Positions 59,530 through 64,000 of a stretch of DNA of 64,000 nucleotides are shown here, one piece after another. The position numbers were made by a program, and so were the translations under genes. Position 1 is the stretch's first letter, and each line of letters begins with the position of its first letter. Below the pieces are notes generated by a model. That model did not search any database and had not been told where the DNA came from. It saw only the letters and a program-made list of their open reading frames with translations. This stretch comes from Eledone cirrhosa (Eukaryota). The stretch is taken from assembly GCA_964016885.1 (NCBI GenBank), contig OZ024740.1:81468001-81532000 (forward strand), given 5' to 3'.

Positions 59530-59880
59530 GGGAAAGGGAGAGAGGGAGAGGCTCTTTGCTTGGGGAGTAGCAGCGTTTACGTTGCACCCAGCGCGCAAAG
59601 CTGCAACGTCATTTCTACGGATAATGACCATCGATACACGTTGCAATGGTGTTCCTTACTCAGACGGGCAGCGGACGATCCGATGTTACGGAGGTGCTCG
59701 GCAGTACGGGGTCCGAGGACGCCTAAGGTTTCACCATCGACCGCTGCGAAGAGGAATCCACCGGACAAGCTCCGGTATTTGTTTGACTCCCTTACCTCTG
59801 CATTGCAGGCAGCAGTACCGGGCTTTGTGGCCGAAGCGACTATTTGGAAACGAAAAACGTGTCCCAGCATGTAGCGCCCC
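59530..59880 (-). mobile_element. 3' fragment of CRE-like non-LTR element (restriction-like endonuclease region)
   Basis: GTAACNAE..SNKY..L..FLFAAV..ETLGVLG...LQRVSMVIIRRN. Confidence 0.6.
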
Positions 59881-60413
59881 AGATGAGGTGTTTATCTCGG
59901 AATTAAATGGAACTGACCTTGTTCTCAACAGTCATAAGTGCGTTGGGTCTTCAGTATAGTCAGTGTGTTTAAACTAAATATCTCGCATGCTAACTGATAA
60001 TTTGATCCCTACTGTAGAATGTTAATTATTTTTCCAAGTGAGAGCTACAGCGGGTAGTATTTGCTCTCTCTTGCCGTATGTATATAAGTTGAGCTGTTAA
60101 GCAGTACGGTGAACCGCAGTGATATTTAACAACATATATATGATATTAATGATAAGGGCTCGATAAGGATATATAAGTATCTATAAACCCATAGAGTAAA
60201 TATTTAATATTAGTAGAGATTAATGTTTAAGCAAAGTATTTCTGTTCGCACCCTATACGAGATCTTCTGAAATTAAGAAAAATTAATCTGTAGACGCAGA
60301 AGTGAATATTTGCAAAAACGTTACTACCAAATATTGCCAAATATTGGGCGAATATAAGTGGACCGACAAAATCAAATACTTAGTGTGGAAAAAAAATATA
60401 TTGGCTATGAAAA

Positions 60414-60465
<52 letters not shown>

Positions 60466-60474
<9 letters not shown>

Positions 60475-60930
60475 ATTAAATAAATGGAAACTATATTTAT
60501 AAAACCATATTTATTCTATATTTCCTTTCTTTCTCTCCTACTAATATATCTAAACTTTCCATAGCGTTTAAAATAACGGTTTTTCAATCATATAACTCAA
60601 CCTTATTTACATATTCATTTGCATACTCATCCATAAGTTTTAAAAATCCGTTCCTTGATCTCACTACCCAAGGAAAATTCAACTGATAAGGTATGTTTCC
60701 TTGGATATGTCAAAATTTATATAACACACTTCGTATTTAATCTGATGCAAGCGTACCAAAGTTTTTGGTACCCTTGAAATATATATAATGGAATAAATAT
60801 GGCTTTACAAATATAGTTTCCATTTATTTAATATCATTGAATATTTACTCCAGAAATCTGTCGAGTGCTCTGAATCAGTTAAACACATTTATATTTCTTG
60901 AAGTTCCAACAAATTAAATATCCCTTCTAC
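60466..60930 (+). mobile_element. Diverged PLE family B remnant (inverted piece, degenerate HHR 60734-60797, tail)
   Basis: Homology to 33167-33215 and 33795-33940; core reads CTGATGC. Confidence 0.65.
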
Positions 60931-60950
60931 TTATATATATATATATATAT

Positions 60951-61846
60951 ATTTGTTTGCCCGAATTACTTGGTCGTTTCTATGGTTGTGCGGATAATGG
61001 TTTAACCATCGTCTCAGTGTGTTTGGCCTTTTAACGTATGTTGTAGCTCTGGTTCGTTAGAATCTATTGAGCGCTTGCAACACATCTCGGAAGATGTTTT
61101 CCGCTAATTTCCAAAGCCGAAATACGATTCTCGCTAATTTATATTTGTATTAATCTCCAGATCTAGATATTTACCAGTTAATTTTCTTGATTTTTTTTAG
61201 TTGATTCTATTGACTGATGAATAGCTTTTGTTAACTTTAAAACCATTCTGTTGAGAACCTAATTTGTTTTGTGATATTTTGCGATTTTGCAATAATATAC
61301 ACATACTGAATTCATCCGCCAAAAATAAGGGTTGCCTCCTTTGTCGAGCCCCACGTGGGTATTGGTAACGGTCAATCCTTGGCCTGGCACTTGAACTAAA
61401 AGCCTGTTGAGAAAGTGACTTCCTTGTTCAATCATCTTACCAGAAGCCTAACATTATTTGTCTAAACGGACAGTACTTGATTTAGGAGTCGCAGAAACCC
61501 AAATGCTGGATTTTTACCAACCATTCAGGGCTCCGGGTAAATTTTTCAATCATATTTGTTTATTTGTTTGACCCGAATTACTTGGTCGCTTCTAAGGCTG
61601 TGCGGATAATGGTTTAACAATTCGTCTCAGTGTGTTTGGTCTTTTAACGTATCTTGTAGCTCTGGTTCGTTAGAATTATTGAGCGCTTGCCACACATCTC
61701 GGAAGTTGTTTTTCGCTACTTTTCAAACCGAAATACGATTCTCGCTAATTTATATTTATATATATATATATATTTATATATATAAATATAAATTAGCGAG
61801 AATCGTATTTCGGCTTTAGAAATTAGCGAAAAACAACTTCCGAGAT
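60951..61846 (+). mobile_element. Non-coding tandem unit (~611-bp period, ~195-bp redundancy) with short inverted copy
   Basis: 60951-61146 is repeated at 61562-61757; 61783-61846 is an inverted copy of the repeat 3' end. Confidence 0.8.
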
Positions 61847-61924
61847 ATATATATATATGTATATAAATAGGCTTTGTTTACAATCGGCCAGGGAATGTGA
61901 AAATTAGTTAGTAACATCTGCTTA

Positions 61925-62295
61925 CGCCGTATTTGACTAAATAGAATTAGTCTGTTGTGATTTAAAAAAAGAAACGCTCTGAATGGAAAAAAAAGGATGT
62001 GTATTGAGGTACATATGTCACGGATTCACACGTTTGGTTCGGCAGACAAATGTGTTAACATTACACCAACGCGCCAACCTTGCTTCCGCCCCTTCAATTG
62101 AAAGCTATATAACCATAGCAGGTAACATGTATATACATGTATATAAATGTATATAAACAATACCAGGTATACATGTATATAAATAGGGAGACAAAGATGT
62201 GGGTTCGTGTCTCATATACGTCAATACTCATCCTTTTTTTCCATTCAGAGTTTTTTTTTAATCCCAGCTAACATACTAATACTATTTAGACAAAT
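61925..62295. repeat. Diverged inverted-repeat element, ~100-bp arms
   Basis: ATTTGACTAAATAG...GGATGTGTATTGA / TCAATACTCATCC...CTATTTAGACAAAT. Confidence 0.7.
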
Positions 62296-62399
62296 ATATA
62301 TATATATATATATATATATTGAAGCTTTGAAATGAACTACACAAAATAAAAAATACATTCTAGCAAATCCTAAATAATCAAAATCCGTCACCACTTTGG

Positions 62400-64000
62400 C
62401 CTCAACATTTTTGCTTAATGCTCAAGTCATCAGCCCTTCCACCAATCCTAAAGAAATTGAACATCCAATTCATTGAAGATTGGATTGATGACCATCGTAA
62501 CTAAATCCCATACTTCGTCCTCAGCTAGACCCATCACAATCCACTCCACTTGGAAGCCGAGGTGAAAGTGAAGAATTCCAAAAATATCTGTGCAGCTCGC
62601 ACTGGCAGAAGAAAGAGAGGGGCCTGGCATTTTTGCACATGATTCTTTTTCGACAGAGATTAAGAACTTATTTTCCAATGGGTACTATGAAGCAGTCACT
62701 GTGTACAGTAAAACCAACAACTTAATAGTAATTGGGCTCTGTAGGCCACCCCCAATGCCTCTTGCATGCTTCAAGGAATGCCTCAACAGCATAAAGTGTT
62801 TCATCCAGCAGCGTCAACCTGGCAATATCTTAATGATGATGGGGACTTCAACCTCCCCGGTGTTGACTGGTGCACAAACAGCTTGATTCTAAGTTGTTCC
62901 ACCTCAAACCGTGACAAGGAGGCATTAGAATCGTTTCCTGACTTCATGAATAAGGTTTGCCTGTCTCAATGTGTGCTCGCTGCAACAAGGTGCCACAAAC
63001 ACCTATTGGACATAATGTTCAGTAACCACACCGATATTATGTGGAAAAAACACTACTCTCGGTCCATGACATGATTCTCTGTGATCAGAAATTCCACCGT
63101 CAGAAAAGCAAAACCAATGACATTTCTCCAGCCCATCCATTTGACACCATTGATATTATATATGTAAACTGTGAAGCGATCAATCATGATCTGGTACATG
63201 TCGATTGGTCTTTGACGCACACTCACACACCCACTAACATCAAATAAGTGTTTCTATTTAGACACAAGGCCAGCAATAATCCAGTGCATTACTGGTACTT
63301 TATTTTATCAAATAATACTGGCATAAATTTGTTGACACGGTAACATATATATGTGCAAAACATACTCCATTAAGAACTGTAAACAAATCAAAGTGCAGAA
63401 TCACTAGAAATAGAAGTACACGTATCAGAAAAATCAAAATAATTAACAAATCAATGAACGAACTTAAATACTGCCAGCAGCAACAAACCCATTTGACTGC
63501 CATTACATCACTAGATTTGACAAAGCTAAACCTACAAAACAGCATGATGTCCATTATCAACAGTCAAAGAGCAGCTGAAATGGCCTGGGCCATTGAGAAA
63601 GTCAAACTCAATTCTAACGTGTTCTTTTAATTTGCGAAAAAACAAAAGTTCACTGGCTCCATTGTTGGACCTCTGATTGATGAAAATAGAACTCTCCAAG
63701 ATAGGGCTAAAATCATGGTTGAGATACTGCAGAAACAATTCTGCTCTGTTATCAGTAGTCCTGATATAGCTGATCTAGACTATACCAGTGATGTTATTCC
63801 CCAAAAGACTACATTCGGACATAACATTTGGCGCTCCTGGTGTCTTAGCGGCAATAAACGAAGCTAAACACAATTCAGAAGTAGGCCCCGAGAAATTCCC
63901 AGATTGTGTCCTGAAGATGTGTCGAGACCAACTTGCATCTCCTATTGCTAATCTGTGGAAGAAGAGACTGGATACTGGATATATACCATAAACTTACTAT
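62400..64000 (+). mobile_element. Decayed CR1/L2-group LINE ORF2 (APE endonuclease and pre-RT region), runs off the window
   Basis: IGLCRPP, GDFNLPGVDW, LLDIMFSN, SVHDMI, GPEKFPDCVLK..LANLW..DTGYIP; SINE fragment at ~63250. Confidence 0.75.

Noticed and set aside
61214-61260. CTGATGA in the middle of the 611-bp unit
   Set aside because: No correctly placed GAAA or stems

Overview
Eukaryotic, AT-rich, repeat-saturated DNA with no supportable host protein-coding exon. The SINE types and long (TA)n/(CA)n tracts suggest an octopus-like cephalopod (inference). Contents: two decayed RepHel Helitrons with intact termini (3754-9858 minus; 14874-18492 plus); a non-autonomous Helitron (34100-36614) with a spliced STPR-repeat mini-ORF; at least six Penelope-like retroelement (PLE) remnants (RT and/or GIY-YIG) with tandem and inverted pseudo-LTRs inside TA microsatellites; decayed RTE, I-group, CR1-like, CRE-like and Ingi-like LINE pieces; a Chapaev-like transposase fragment; and tRNA-derived SINEs. 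The main signal the ORF track misses is a dense, diverse set of type I hammerhead ribozyme (HHR) motifs, found by manual folding, in about eight unrelated sequence families. They include a U3-A8 core variant, a recurrent U.U pair at the base of stem II, a 180-nt HHR with giant stems, two different HHRs in tandem that would excise a 113-nt RNA, and non-coding 550-610 bp tandem units with retrozyme-like architecture. The many IYIYIY ORFs are microsatellite artefacts. All folds and clade assignments were made by eye and are untested.
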